NCBI GenBank assembly: GCA_046529715.1 | Contig: CP134881.1 | Location: forward strand, 918,803 to 982,802 | Source of the DNA: Mycoplasmatota bacterium WC44 | GTDB lineage: Bacteria; Bacillota_I; Bacilli_A; MAG-NZ | Reading direction: 5' to 3' | Length of the DNA: 64,000 nucleotides | Shown here: positions 28,510 through 37,809 of the stretch, piece after piece | Position numbering within the stretch: the first letter of the stretch is position 1 | How the letters are laid out: the number at the start of each line of letters is the position of its first letter | The notes under the pieces: model-generated | The model's input: the letters and a program-made list of their open reading frames with translations, nothing else | Databases searched by the model: none | What the model was told of the DNA's origin: nothing | Program-made: the position numbers and the translations under genes

Positions 28510-28887
28510 ATGCCAAGACCAGTTAAACCGAGAAGTATAGCATTTAAACCTAATAATACTTATTTTGCGCCTAAAAATGAATATTGCCCTAAAAGTGATC
28601 TTGTTATTTTGAAATTTGAAGAACTTGAGGCAATGAGATTAAAAGATTTAAAGAATCTTAATCAGGAGGAATGCGCGAAGGAAATGAATGTATCACGTCA
28701 AACTTTTCAAATTATTATTGATAAAGCTAGAGAAAAAGTTACCAATGCACTAATCAATGGTAGTGCAATTAATATTCAAGGTGGAAATTATATACTTAAA
28801 TCATGTGATAAAAAGTGTAAAAAATATGATAATGATTCTAATAATTTAAGTGAAGAGAATAAATACTGTAGTATCTGTAATAAATAA
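28510..28887 (+). CDS. DUF134/UPF0251-family predicted DNA-binding protein with a C-terminal Cys cluster
   Basis: MPRPVKPRSIAFKP...YFAP start. EELEAMRLKDLKNLNQEECAKEMNVSRQTFQ is a sigma70-region-4-like HTH. CDKKC...CSIC zinc-ribbon-like end. Confidence 0.65.
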   Translation: MPRPVKPRSIAFKPNNTYFAPKNEYCPKSDLVILKFEELEAMRLKDLKNLNQEECAKEMNVSRQTFQIIIDKAREKVTNALINGSAINIQGGNYILKSCDKKCKKYDNDSNNLSEENKYCSICNK

Positions 28888-28914
28888 TAAATATACATAA
28901 CAAAAGGTGAGATA

Positions 28915-29487
28915 ATGATAAATTTAGATTTAAGAGATAAAGATTGTTCAAATGCGTTACTTGAACTTGAAAATGAGTTAAAAAATAATAGTACTGGTGA
29001 GAAGATAGTATGTGTCGTTAGTAGTGAGACTACTAAATCAACAATAGAAAATATGCTTATGACTGAAGGGTACACATTTAAAATAACATCTAATAAAAAT
29101 GATTTTTATATTGAGATTATTAAGAATATAAAATCTAGTGATGAATTTAATAAAAACTATGTGATTGTATTTGATAAAAATTATATGGGTGAAGGAGATA
29201 AAGAGTTAGGTGAAGCTTTAATGAAATCTTTTGTTTATACACTCTCTGAAATGAGTAATCTACCTAGCCATATATTGCTTTATAATGAAGGTGTAAAATT
29301 GGTTTCAGAAGGGTCTGAAATGTTAGATAGATTTGTTTTATTAAGCGACAAGGGAGTAAATATATTAAGTTGTGGGTCATGTGTTAAGTATTTTGAACTT
29401 GTTGAAAAAATCAAAGTGGGAAGAATCTCAAACATGTTTGAGATTATAACAACACAAACACTCGCTGATAAAATAATTAAACCCTAA
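28915..29487 (+). CDS. YedF-like two-domain protein (TusA-like N-terminus plus DsrE/DsrF-like C-terminus)
   Basis: LDLRDKDC... N-terminal fold motif with a degenerate CPxP. The C-terminal half is DsrE-like. It sits next to a DUF3343 gene. Confidence 0.45.
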   Translation: MINLDLRDKDCSNALLELENELKNNSTGEKIVCVVSSETTKSTIENMLMTEGYTFKITSNKNDFYIEIIKNIKSSDEFNKNYVIVFDKNYMGEGDKELGEALMKSFVYTLSEMSNLPSHILLYNEGVKLVSEGSEMLDRFVLLSDKGVNILSCGSCVKYFELVEKIKVGRISNMFEIITTQTLADKIIKP

Positions 29488-29729
29488 TGACTAGCTTGAT
29501 TACTTTTAATAAAGAACACCAAACCTTTAAAGCACAGAAATTACTAAAAGAAAGGTATGATGTTAAAATAATACCTATACCTATTTATATCGAAGTTAAT
29601 TATTTTAATGGTATAGCTCCATGTGGATTTGGATTAGTCGTAGACGAGTTAGATTTAGAGGGAGTAAGCATAGTATTATCTAAAGAAAACATTAAGATTG
29701 AACATACATTTGATATAGATGATTTCTAA
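29487..29729 (+). CDS. DUF3343-family small protein (putative Se/S carrier-like)
   Basis: LITFNKEHQTFKAQKLLKE...VKIIPIP...CGFGL matches the DUF3343 pattern. The start overlaps the yedF-like stop. Confidence 0.6.
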   Translation: MTSLITFNKEHQTFKAQKLLKERYDVKIIPIPIYIEVNYFNGIAPCGFGLVVDELDLEGVSIVLSKENIKIEHTFDIDDF

Positions 29730-29789
29730 TAGTCCTTATTTTTTTAATATAAAAAATAAATAAAGTGGTTACAAATAATAATTAAAAAT

Positions 29790-29817
29790 GACGATAAGAA
29801 ATATATCGTTTTTTTTA
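29790..29817 (+). terminator. rho-independent terminator
   Basis: acgata ... tatcgt hairpin followed by T8. Confidence 0.75.
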
Positions 29818-30051
29818 AGAAGTTATATATAAGGTGGAAAAGAAATACAATTTTTGACAAAATATTACATGTGTTATATTTTAATTGAAATATAAGGTGT
29901 AATCATTATTAATTTGGAATAGATGGGTGTTGTTCTTAAGTGTATTTCAACTATTGGTTGAAATAATCAAAGAAATTCAATTAAAGAGTTGTAGATTATA
30001 AGTATCTTATGATATAAAATAGTAGTAACTTATACAAATGGAGTGATAAAG

Positions 30052-30684
30052 ATGATAAGTGGAGTTGGAGAAAGAATTGCAACATTAAGAAAATTAAAGA
30101 GTTTAACACAAGCAGAACTAGCAAATTTATTGAACATTTCTCACCAGTCTGTTTCAAAATGGGAACGAAGTGAAAGCTATCCGGATATAAGCTTGTTAAT
30201 AGAATTACGTGAAATATTTGAAACATCTGTAGATTATATATTAACTGGAGAAGAGATTGATTATTCTTCATCGAAAATGTTTGAAAGTACATCAATAGAT
30301 AAAGAAATTTTATCTATCAACGAACATGATTTGAGAAAATTCTTAATCAGTGCTTTAGATAAAGGGGATACAAATCTAGATTTAGATAATTTGATTGATA
30401 GACTTCCTTCAATTGACTTAAGAGACGTACTAGTCTATGCACTAGATAGAGGGAAAACTGACTTCAGTTTGAGTAAAGCGATAGAAAACATTCCTTCTAT
30501 AGATCTAAGGGATGTTTTACTTGTAGCTATAGATCATGGTAAATATGATTTTCAATTAAATAAAGTTGTATCAAGGTTACAACCGTCTGAATTTGAAGAT
30601 TTAGCTACTGCTATTGAAAATGATGGTGTTGATACTAAATTAGATATTGAATTAGATGAGATGAGAAGTCTAAATAAAATATAG
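30052..30684 (+). CDS. XRE-family HTH regulator with three tandem ~37-aa C-terminal repeats
   Basis: N-terminal GERIATLRKLKSLTQAELANLLNISHQSVSKWE. Repeats of the form ALD+G.TDF.L...I..IPSIDLRDVL. RBS GGAG, ATG at 30052. Confidence 0.7.
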   Translation: MISGVGERIATLRKLKSLTQAELANLLNISHQSVSKWERSESYPDISLLIELREIFETSVDYILTGEEIDYSSSKMFESTSIDKEILSINEHDLRKFLISALDKGDTNLDLDNLIDRLPSIDLRDVLVYALDRGKTDFSLSKAIENIPSIDLRDVLLVAIDHGKYDFQLNKVVSRLQPSEFEDLATAIENDGVDTKLDIELDEMRSLNKI

Positions 30685-30713
30685 AATATATCTTAAATTA
30701 AGAGGGTGAGTTA

Positions 30714-31269
30714 TATGTTTAGCTTTATAGAAGCAGCAGAAGGTATAACAAGATTTTATGTATATATTGCAATTTTTGGAACAACAATTTTCGTAATACT
30801 AAACTTATTAATGTTTATAGGTTTATTAGATGAAATTGGAATTGATGTTGATCTTGACTTTGAAGCAATTGAAAGTACATTTACTCCTTTCAAGTTAGTA
30901 ACATTTAGAGGAATAATTGCTTTCTTTATGTTTTTTGGATGGGGTGGATACTTTTCAGGAAACTTGATTTATGCAATTTTATTAGGTATAACTGCGTTTA
31001 TATCTATTGGATTAGTTTATTATTTTTCAAGAAAGTTACAGCAAAAAGGAAATTATTCTTTAACAGATGCTGTAGGACGTGAAGGGAAGGTCTATCTAAG
31101 AATTAAGGGAGATATGTCTTCGCCTGGAAAAGTAATGATTAAATTATCTAGTGGTATTAAGGAAATTGATGCAATTAGTGAGGAATCACTTGAATATAAT
31201 GATAAGGTAGTTGTTGTAGATACCTTAGGTAACTTATTAATTGTAAAAAAAAATGAGGAGGAAGTGTAA
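30714..31269 (+). CDS. NfeD-like membrane protein (YuaF-like; flotillin-associated)
   Basis: N-terminal TM helices and a C-terminal OB-fold-like segment. It is immediately upstream of flotillin and translationally coupled to it. Confidence 0.6.
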
Positions 31270-32732
31270 TGGAACCAACAACTATTATTGCTGCATTGGC
31301 TGTATTATTGATTGTTACCTTTGCAGGTATAATGTCAAGATACAGAAAATGTCCAGCAGACAAGATTTTAGTAATTTACGGTAAAGTAGGAAAAAGTGCT
31401 GATGGTGACACAAGAAGTGCAAGATGTATTCATGGTGGAGCTAGTTTTATTTGGCCAATCATCCAAAGTTTTGAATATATGGATTTAACTCCTATGTCTA
31501 TAGAAGTTAATCTTACTAATGCTTTATCAAAGCAAAACATTCGTGTTGATGTACCTTCAAGATTTACAGTTGGTATTTCTATTGAGCCAGGCACAATGCA
31601 AAATGCTGCAGAACGCTTACTTGGTTTAAGTCATAACGATGTTAAAGAACTAGCAAAAGATATTTTATTCGGTCAATTACGTTTAGTAATTGCTACAATG
31701 GATATTGAAGAAATTAACTCTGACCGTGATAAATTTTTAGATAATGTTTCTAAAAATGTTGAGGCGGAATTAAGCAAAATAGGTTTAAAACTTATTAACG
31801 TTAACGTAACAGATATTAAAGATGAATCGGGATATATTGAAGCACTAGGAAAGGAAGCAGCGGCTAAAGCAATCAATGATGCTAAGAAATCTGTTGCCGA
31901 GAAAAACCGTGATGGATCTATTGGTCAAGCTAATGCTCATAGAGATGAAAGGGTATCAGTTGCAGAAGCTGACGCTACAGCAGTTTCTGGTGAAAATAAA
32001 TCTAAGATTGTTGTATCACAATCAGATGCAGAACGTCGTCAACGTGAAGCAGAAGCTCTACGTTTAGCTACAGCATCTGAAAAAGTACAACAAGCTAAAG
32101 CGTTAGAAGAAGCTTATAAAGCTGAACAAGAAGCTGAGCTTAGCCGTGCAGCTCTTGAAAGAGCAACAAAAGAAGCAGATATTATTGTACTAGCACAAAT
32201 TGAAAAAGAAACAGTAACAATTGCAGCTGAAGCAGAAGCTGAAAAAATAAGAAGACATGCACAAGGGGAAGCAGATGCTATTTTAGCTAAAATGCAAGCA
32301 GAAGCAAACGGTGTGTATGCATTACTAACTAAGCAAGCTGATGGTTTTGCTCAAATCGTGAAAGCAACTAATGGTGATGCAGATAAAGCAGTTCATTTAA
32401 TGATTGCTGATAAACTTGAAACTTTAGTTAAAACTCAAGTCGAAGCTATTAAAGGAATTAAGATTGATAAAGTTACTGTATGGGATGGTGGAAATGGTGA
32501 TAAACCAGCAACTGCTAATTTCTTATCAGGAATGTTAAAATCATTACCTCCATTAAATGATATATATAAGTCAGCTGGATTAAATCTACCAAATATGTTA
32601 AATGTTAATCCAGACAAGATAGATTTTGAAGAAAATAATGTTTCTATTGAAACAAAAATTGATTCAGTTCCTACTACAATAGAAGAACAAACAATTGTAG
32701 ATTCAGATGATTTACCATCATCAGAAGATTAG
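31269..32732 (+). CDS. floT: flotillin-like SPFH/band-7 protein FloT
   Basis: N-terminal membrane hairpin, SPFH domain, and a long Ala/Glu-rich coiled coil (EA repeats). ATG overlaps the upstream stop (TAATG). Confidence 0.75.
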   Translation: MEPTTIIAALAVLLIVTFAGIMSRYRKCPADKILVIYGKVGKSADGDTRSARCIHGGASFIWPIIQSFEYMDLTPMSIEVNLTNALSKQNIRVDVPSRFTVGISIEPGTMQNAAERLLGLSHNDVKELAKDILFGQLRLVIATMDIEEINSDRDKFLDNVSKNVEAELSKIGLKLINVNVTDIKDESGYIEALGKEAAAKAINDAKKSVAEKNRDGSIGQANAHRDERVSVAEADATAVSGENKSKIVVSQSDAERRQREAEALRLATASEKVQQAKALEEAYKAEQEAELSRAALERATKEADIIVLAQIEKETVTIAAEAEAEKIRRHAQGEADAILAKMQAEANGVYALLTKQADGFAQIVKATNGDADKAVHLMIADKLETLVKTQVEAIKGIKIDKVTVWDGGNGDKPATANFLSGMLKSLPPLNDIYKSAGLNLPNMLNVNPDKIDFEENNVSIETKIDSVPTTIEEQTIVDSDDLPSSED

Positions 32733-32740
32733 ATTGTAAA

Positions 32741-32769
32741 GGAAACAGAAAATTGTTTCCTTTTTTTTA
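32741..32769 (+). terminator. rho-independent terminator
   Basis: ggaaaca ... tgtttcc hairpin followed by T9. Confidence 0.8.
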
Positions 32770-32971
32770 TGAATGAGTTAGAATGACATTATTTTTACTT
32801 AAGACCGAAAGTGACATTTTTGTCCTCGACACCCTTTCTTATATATGTTATTTTAAATTATAGATAGCGATTATAAGTAGCATAATTTTCTTACAAACTA
32901 ATCTATATATAAGATAATACAAGTAAATTAGCTGTATAATCGAATTTAAAAAAGAAGAGGAGATTTATAAA

Positions 32972-33337
32972 ATGAAAAAATTATTACTATCTTTATTATT
33001 AGTAGCAATGATCTCAATAGTATTACCTATCACAAATGCATCTGCAGGTGAAGTAGATCAAACTGAAGATTATGTGGAAGCATTAATAATTGCAGAGAAA
33101 GCAAACGAAAAAATTTTAGATGAAATTCATAAAGCACAAGGAAAAGCTTTAGAAAGCGATAATGATGAAATTATCATTGCAAAATTAATTGAAAAAACTA
33201 ATGAAATTTCTCTTGAGGCAAGAAATAAAATTGGTGTATTAGGAATTGATTCAGAATGTACTTATGTAGCCTATGAAATTGATGGACAAACAGTTATGGT
33301 TGACCCAATAAGAGTATTAGGTTGGATGCAAGCTTAA
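32972..33337 (+). CDS. small secreted hypothetical protein (signal peptide, cleavage near NASA/GE)
   Basis: Sec-type signal. No known domain. Confidence 0.45.
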   Translation: MKKLLLSLLLVAMISIVLPITNASAGEVDQTEDYVEALIIAEKANEKILDEIHKAQGKALESDNDEIIIAKLIEKTNEISLEARNKIGVLGIDSECTYVAYEIDGQTVMVDPIRVLGWMQA

Positions 33338-33354
33338 TTTTTTAATAAGAATAC

Positions 33355-33382
33355 TAAAAAGCGAAATTTTTCGCTTTTTTTA
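33355..33382 (+). terminator. rho-independent terminator
   Basis: aaaagcgaaa ... tttcgctttt hairpin followed by a T-run. Confidence 0.8.
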
Positions 33383-33494
33383 TTTTAGTCATTTTATTAC
33401 TAATAACTCTTCAGGAGACTTTGTTAAGAAAGTTGGAAATCTAATAATAATTTGATATTATAAGTAAAGAAGAATATTATAGGGGACAAAAAAT

Positions 33495-34829
33495 ATGATG
33501 TTTTATAAAAATAAATATTTACTTAAAAAAATTATAGCACTTTTACTAGTGTTTTTTATGTTTTCTTTCCTAGGGACTTTATTTACTAACTTGAATTTAC
33601 TTAGGTACTCCTTAATAGTAAATTCAAATAGATTAATAGGGTTAAATCTAATTCTTTTTTCTTCCCTTTTAATAATAAAAGATATTACAAATGTTAAAGT
33701 CAAGAAAAGATTATTTCTTAAATATATAATTCATATATTGCTGGTTGTTGTAGCGATACTTGGCATTATTAGTGTATTATCTGCAGATAGTTCATACTTT
33801 GCATTTTATGGGGTGAATGATAATTATTTTGGGATAAATTATAATGATGGATACTTAACATTACTAGCTTACTTTGGTTTTTTTATGGGTGCATTTTCTT
33901 TAGAAAAGTCCACACAGAAAAAGATTGTAATCATCTGTTCTAGTTTTTCATATCTAGTTGTATTAATTGGTTTATGTAGTACATTACTTCATAAGATGAT
34001 TCCTATCTCTGATCTAATAAATATTAAAAGATCTTTATTCTTTAATTCAAACCATTATGGTTACTTCTTAACTATAGCTTTATTATTATCTATGTATAAT
34101 TTGATAAAAGACAATAAGTTAAGAATTTTCCATTTGATTGGATTTACACTCTTATCTGCTTCTTTAATATATTCAAACTCAAGGGGAGCTCTCTTATCGA
34201 TTAGTATAACGATGATTACATATATTGTTTTTATAAATATAAATAAGAAATTCAAGAATAGATTTAGTTATATTCCTATCCTGGTATTAGTCCTAACTAC
34301 AATATTAGTAAACGTAATAGACGAGAATATATCAACTACTGGAAGGTATCAATCAGTCATTGATGATGCTGAAAATATTATAAGTAATCCAGATGGAAGC
34401 GATACGTCAGGTAGTGGTAGATGGAAGTTATGGAAAGATGGATTCATTTTGTTTACTCAAGAACCATTGATTGGTCAAGGGATAAATGGTGTCTACTACA
34501 CAGTTGAAAGTGATGACTCATACTTTATTAGGGTTCATAATGAGTACTTAGAATATGCACTTACATACGGTTTATTTGTATTAGTTTTATACTTATTTGT
34601 TATTGGAATCATAGGTATGGAATTTCTGACTAATTTACACGATAAAAGTTTTTTTGATTTTATGTTAGCTCTTGCAATATTCGCATATTTGCTATCTGCT
34701 ATTTTTGGTAACACAAAACCGTACACAACACCTTACTTTTTCATGTGTTTAGGTTTTTTAAATAGCAGTTCTTCATTGAATAAAAATATAAATATATATG
34801 ATGAAGGAGAAAAAAATGAAGTACATTGA
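33495..34829 (+). CDS. O-antigen ligase/polymerase-like (Wzy_C) polytopic membrane protein
   Basis: ~12 TM. NSRGALLS loop motif typical of Wzy_C. Confidence 0.5.
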   Translation: MMFYKNKYLLKKIIALLLVFFMFSFLGTLFTNLNLLRYSLIVNSNRLIGLNLILFSSLLIIKDITNVKVKKRLFLKYIIHILLVVVAILGIISVLSADSSYFAFYGVNDNYFGINYNDGYLTLLAYFGFFMGAFSLEKSTQKKIVIICSSFSYLVVLIGLCSTLLHKMIPISDLINIKRSLFFNSNHYGYFLTIALLLSMYNLIKDNKLRIFHLIGFTLLSASLIYSNSRGALLSISITMITYIVFININKKFKNRFSYIPILVLVLTTILVNVIDENISTTGRYQSVIDDAENIISNPDGSDTSGSGRWKLWKDGFILFTQEPLIGQGINGVYYTVESDDSYFIRVHNEYLEYALTYGLFVLVLYLFVIGIIGMEFLTNLHDKSFFDFMLALAIFAYLLSAIFGNTKPYTTPYFFMCLGFLNSSSSLNKNINIYDEGEKNEVH

Positions 34830-35436
34830 TTTAAGTCACGAGTTTAGAGAAGATATGACGCTTTATCCAGGCTCATCTAAACCTATAATAGAACAAGTAA
34901 GTAATATTGAGACTGATGGTTTTAATCAGTTAGAATTATCTTTTACAAATCATATAGGTACCCATTTAGATGTTCAAGCACATGTGATTAAAGGTGGTAA
35001 AAAAATAACAGATTATGATATTTCTAGTTTTCAAGGTAAAGGAAAAATATTTGATTGTAGAAATGTAGAAGAAATAGGTAAAGATGTTTTTGAAGATAAA
35101 CTTACAGATGTGGATTTTGTACTTATTTGGACTGATTATGGTAAAAGATTTTATAATAAAGATTATATGGATAACTACCCGGTTCTAAATAAAGAAGGAA
35201 TTGATTATATTATTTCAAACAATGTTAAAGGAGTTGGAATAGACTATATTTCAGTTGACCCAATTAATACTTCTGATATGTTTGTTCATAAACAGCTTTT
35301 AAGGAATGATGTTATTATTTATGAGAACTTATGCAACTTACATCTTTTAGAAAATACTGAATTTAAGTTTATGGGATTCCCTATACAAATTTCAGGAGAC
35401 GGAATACCAGTAAGAGCAGTTGCTGAAATAAAATAA
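34816..35436 (+). CDS. cyclase-family protein (arylformamidase/kynurenine-formamidase-like)
   Basis: HIGTHLDVQAH is the HxGTHxDxPxH motif. RBS GAAGGAG, ATG at 34816, overlapping the upstream gene by 14 nt. Confidence 0.55.
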   Translation: MKYIDLSHEFREDMTLYPGSSKPIIEQVSNIETDGFNQLELSFTNHIGTHLDVQAHVIKGGKKITDYDISSFQGKGKIFDCRNVEEIGKDVFEDKLTDVDFVLIWTDYGKRFYNKDYMDNYPVLNKEGIDYIISNNVKGVGIDYISVDPINTSDMFVHKQLLRNDVIIYENLCNLHLLENTEFKFMGFPIQISGDGIPVRAVAEIK

Positions 35437-35605
35437 ATTGAAAATATTTGAAATATGGAATATTATTACAGCGAATAATCTTTGATACTTATAGACTTTT
35501 TTAGACAAAATATGCTATAATTAAAAGTATTATTTTCTTTTTATAAAATATAAAAAAATAAGTACTAATTAACGTAACTATAACGCTATTAAGGACGTGA
35601 ATATA

Positions 35606-36580
35606 TTGAACATATTAGTATCTGGTGGAGCTGGATTTATTGGGTCTTTTACAGTAGATAGATTAATTAAAGATAATCATAATGTAGTTGTGGTTGATAG
35701 TTTGATAAATAGTAATATTGACTCTGTAAATAAAAGGGCTACTTTCTATAAAATTGACATAAGGGATAAAGAAGGATTAACACAAGTTTTTAGAGAAAAT
35801 GAAATTGATGTAGTATTACATTTCGCTGCACTAATCTCTGCCCCTGAAAGTATGGATAAACCATATGAATTTTTTAGTGTTAATACTTATGGAACATTAA
35901 CTTTACTTGAAGTAATGAATAACCATGGTGTTAAAAAGATTGTATTCTCATCTACAGCAGCAGTTTACGGCTTATTAGATAAAGGTGATGATGTAATATT
36001 CGAGGATGATGAAGTCTTGCCAATCAATATTTACGGAGAGTCTAAACTACAAGCGGAAAAAATTATTGAATGGTCAAGTAAAAGCAAAGGAATAGATTAT
36101 ATTATATTTAGATATTTTAATGTTGCTGGACATTTAAAAAGAGGAATTAATCCAATTGAAAGAAAAGCTTTAATACCTTCAGTTATGAATGTAGCATGTG
36201 GTATAAAAGATAAATTATTAGTGTATGGTGATGACTATAACACAAAAGATGGCTCATGTATAAGGGATTATATACATGTTGACGATTTAGTAAATGCACA
36301 TGTTTTAGGATGTTCTATGTTGGTAGCAAAAACTACTGATAATGGAATTTATAATTTAGGTAATGGTCATGGTAACACTGTATTTGAAGTAATTAATACA
36401 GCAGAAAAGGTGATTGGAATACCCATACCATATGAATCTGCTCCAAGAAGAGTTGGTGATCCTGTGATATCTGTTGCTTCTTCAAATAAAGCAAAAGACA
36501 AACTAGGGTGGATACCTAGTAGAAATTTAGAAGAAATAATTAATGATGAATGGAAAGAAATAAAAAAATATAAATCTTAA
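35606..36580 (+). CDS. galE: UDP-hexose/UDP-HexNAc 4-epimerase (GalE/PelX-like SDR)
   Basis: GGAGFIGS Rossmann motif and YGESK catalytic dyad. RBS AAGGA, TTG start at 35606 (the track starts at GTG 35597). Confidence 0.75.
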   Translation: MNILVSGGAGFIGSFTVDRLIKDNHNVVVVDSLINSNIDSVNKRATFYKIDIRDKEGLTQVFRENEIDVVLHFAALISAPESMDKPYEFFSVNTYGTLTLLEVMNNHGVKKIVFSSTAAVYGLLDKGDDVIFEDDEVLPINIYGESKLQAEKIIEWSSKSKGIDYIIFRYFNVAGHLKRGINPIERKALIPSVMNVACGIKDKLLVYGDDYNTKDGSCIRDYIHVDDLVNAHVLGCSMLVAKTTDNGIYNLGNGHGNTVFEVINTAEKVIGIPIPYESAPRRVGDPVISVASSNKAKDKLGWIPSRNLEEIINDEWKEIKKYKS

Positions 36581-36603
36581 TTAATACATTAAGGGGGCGC
36601 GGT

Positions 36604-37791
36604 ATGAAAAGGAATAGTATAGTTTTCATGATTGAAATTATAACTGTATCATTGATAATATCTTTATTCTATTTCTTGTCGAATAGTTTTAAAGACTTTT
36701 CTTCAATTACCCCTCATCCAATGTATGTAATAGTAGCAGTTTTGGCTATGAGAAATGGAAATGTTGTCTCAGTTATGATTGCTACATTGGTTAGTTTTAT
36801 ATATATATCCTTTTATTTCCTTGAGTATCATACGTTTGTTGGATTTATAACTGATTATAATAATGCTATTAATATATCTTTTACTTACTTAGCTGCCATA
36901 ATATTTGGAATAGGTTATGAAAGGTATATGGATAAGATAAATTCACTATCAAGTGATTTAGAAATTAAAGATGATGATTTAAAAGATTTAAAAGAAGAAC
37001 ATTTGAATATAAAAAAATTATATAACGATTTGAAAATACAAATAGTAAACTCTGATAACTCAATACTAAATTTATACGAAATAGCGAAGAAATTTAGTTC
37101 TTTTGATAAAGAAGAACTTTTCACAGAATTATTAGGTGTTCTATCAAAGTTCTTAAAAACAGAAAAGGTATCAATATATACTTATCAAAATGATGGTTTC
37201 TTACGTCTAAAACTAAAAAACAGTGAACATAAAGTACCTTATTCAATAGACACTTTGAAGGACAGTATATTTCAACAACTTCTTAGTGAGAAAAAACCAT
37301 TAAGAAAGATTGATACTAGTAATAAAGACTTTCCTATAATGTCAGCACCCGTAATTTTGAATGATGAAATAATAGCTATAGTTAATGTTGATGATATGGA
37401 GTTCTCTGATGCCAATGAATATTCATTCCAAATCTTTAAAATGATTATAGATTGGTTACAAGATGGTCTTACAAAAGTTAATCATTTACTTGATGATGAT
37501 ACTGATGAATTCTATTATAAGACAATTATAATGAAGCCGGATTATTTTATGGAAAGAGTAAAATCGGAACAAAGTAGAAAAGAAAGATATGATTTAGATT
37601 ATGTATTATTAAGTTTTAAGATACCTAATTTCAACTCATATGAATTAAATGAGAAGTTGATAAATACATTCAGATCGGTAGATGTGTTTTCTTATGATAT
37701 TGAGACAAATATGTTACAAGTATTGTTTCCAGCAACATTAAGTAAATATAAAGAAAAAATGAAAGAAAGAGCTAAGACATTATTTGAATAG
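36604..37791 (+). CDS. pelD: PelD-like membrane protein (TM, coiled coil, GAF/degenerate GGDEF-like region)
   Basis: N-terminal TMs. It sits in the pelD position before pelE/pelF/pelG. It carries an RxxD-type motif (RKID). Confidence 0.5.
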   Translation: MKRNSIVFMIEIITVSLIISLFYFLSNSFKDFSSITPHPMYVIVAVLAMRNGNVVSVMIATLVSFIYISFYFLEYHTFVGFITDYNNAINISFTYLAAIIFGIGYERYMDKINSLSSDLEIKDDDLKDLKEEHLNIKKLYNDLKIQIVNSDNSILNLYEIAKKFSSFDKEELFTELLGVLSKFLKTEKVSIYTYQNDGFLRLKLKNSEHKVPYSIDTLKDSIFQQLLSEKKPLRKIDTSNKDFPIMSAPVILNDEIIAIVNVDDMEFSDANEYSFQIFKMIIDWLQDGLTKVNHLLDDDTDEFYYKTIIMKPDYFMERVKSEQSRKERYDLDYVLLSFKIPNFNSYELNEKLINTFRSVDVFSYDIETNMLQVLFPATLSKYKEKMKERAKTLFE

Positions 37792-37809
37792 GAATAAGGA
37801 GGGATTGGT

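Noticed and set aside
29996-30295. 99-aa minus-strand ORF overlapping the XRE regulator
   Set aside because: It is antisense to a regulator with a clear helix-turn-helix. Its product is low-complexity Leu/Phe-rich.
32769-32971. Direct repeat TGACATT(A)TTTTT (two copies) and an extended -10 TGTATAAT upstream of the small secreted protein
   Set aside because: The repeats are short and AT-rich, so a chance occurrence is plausible. I kept this as a note only.
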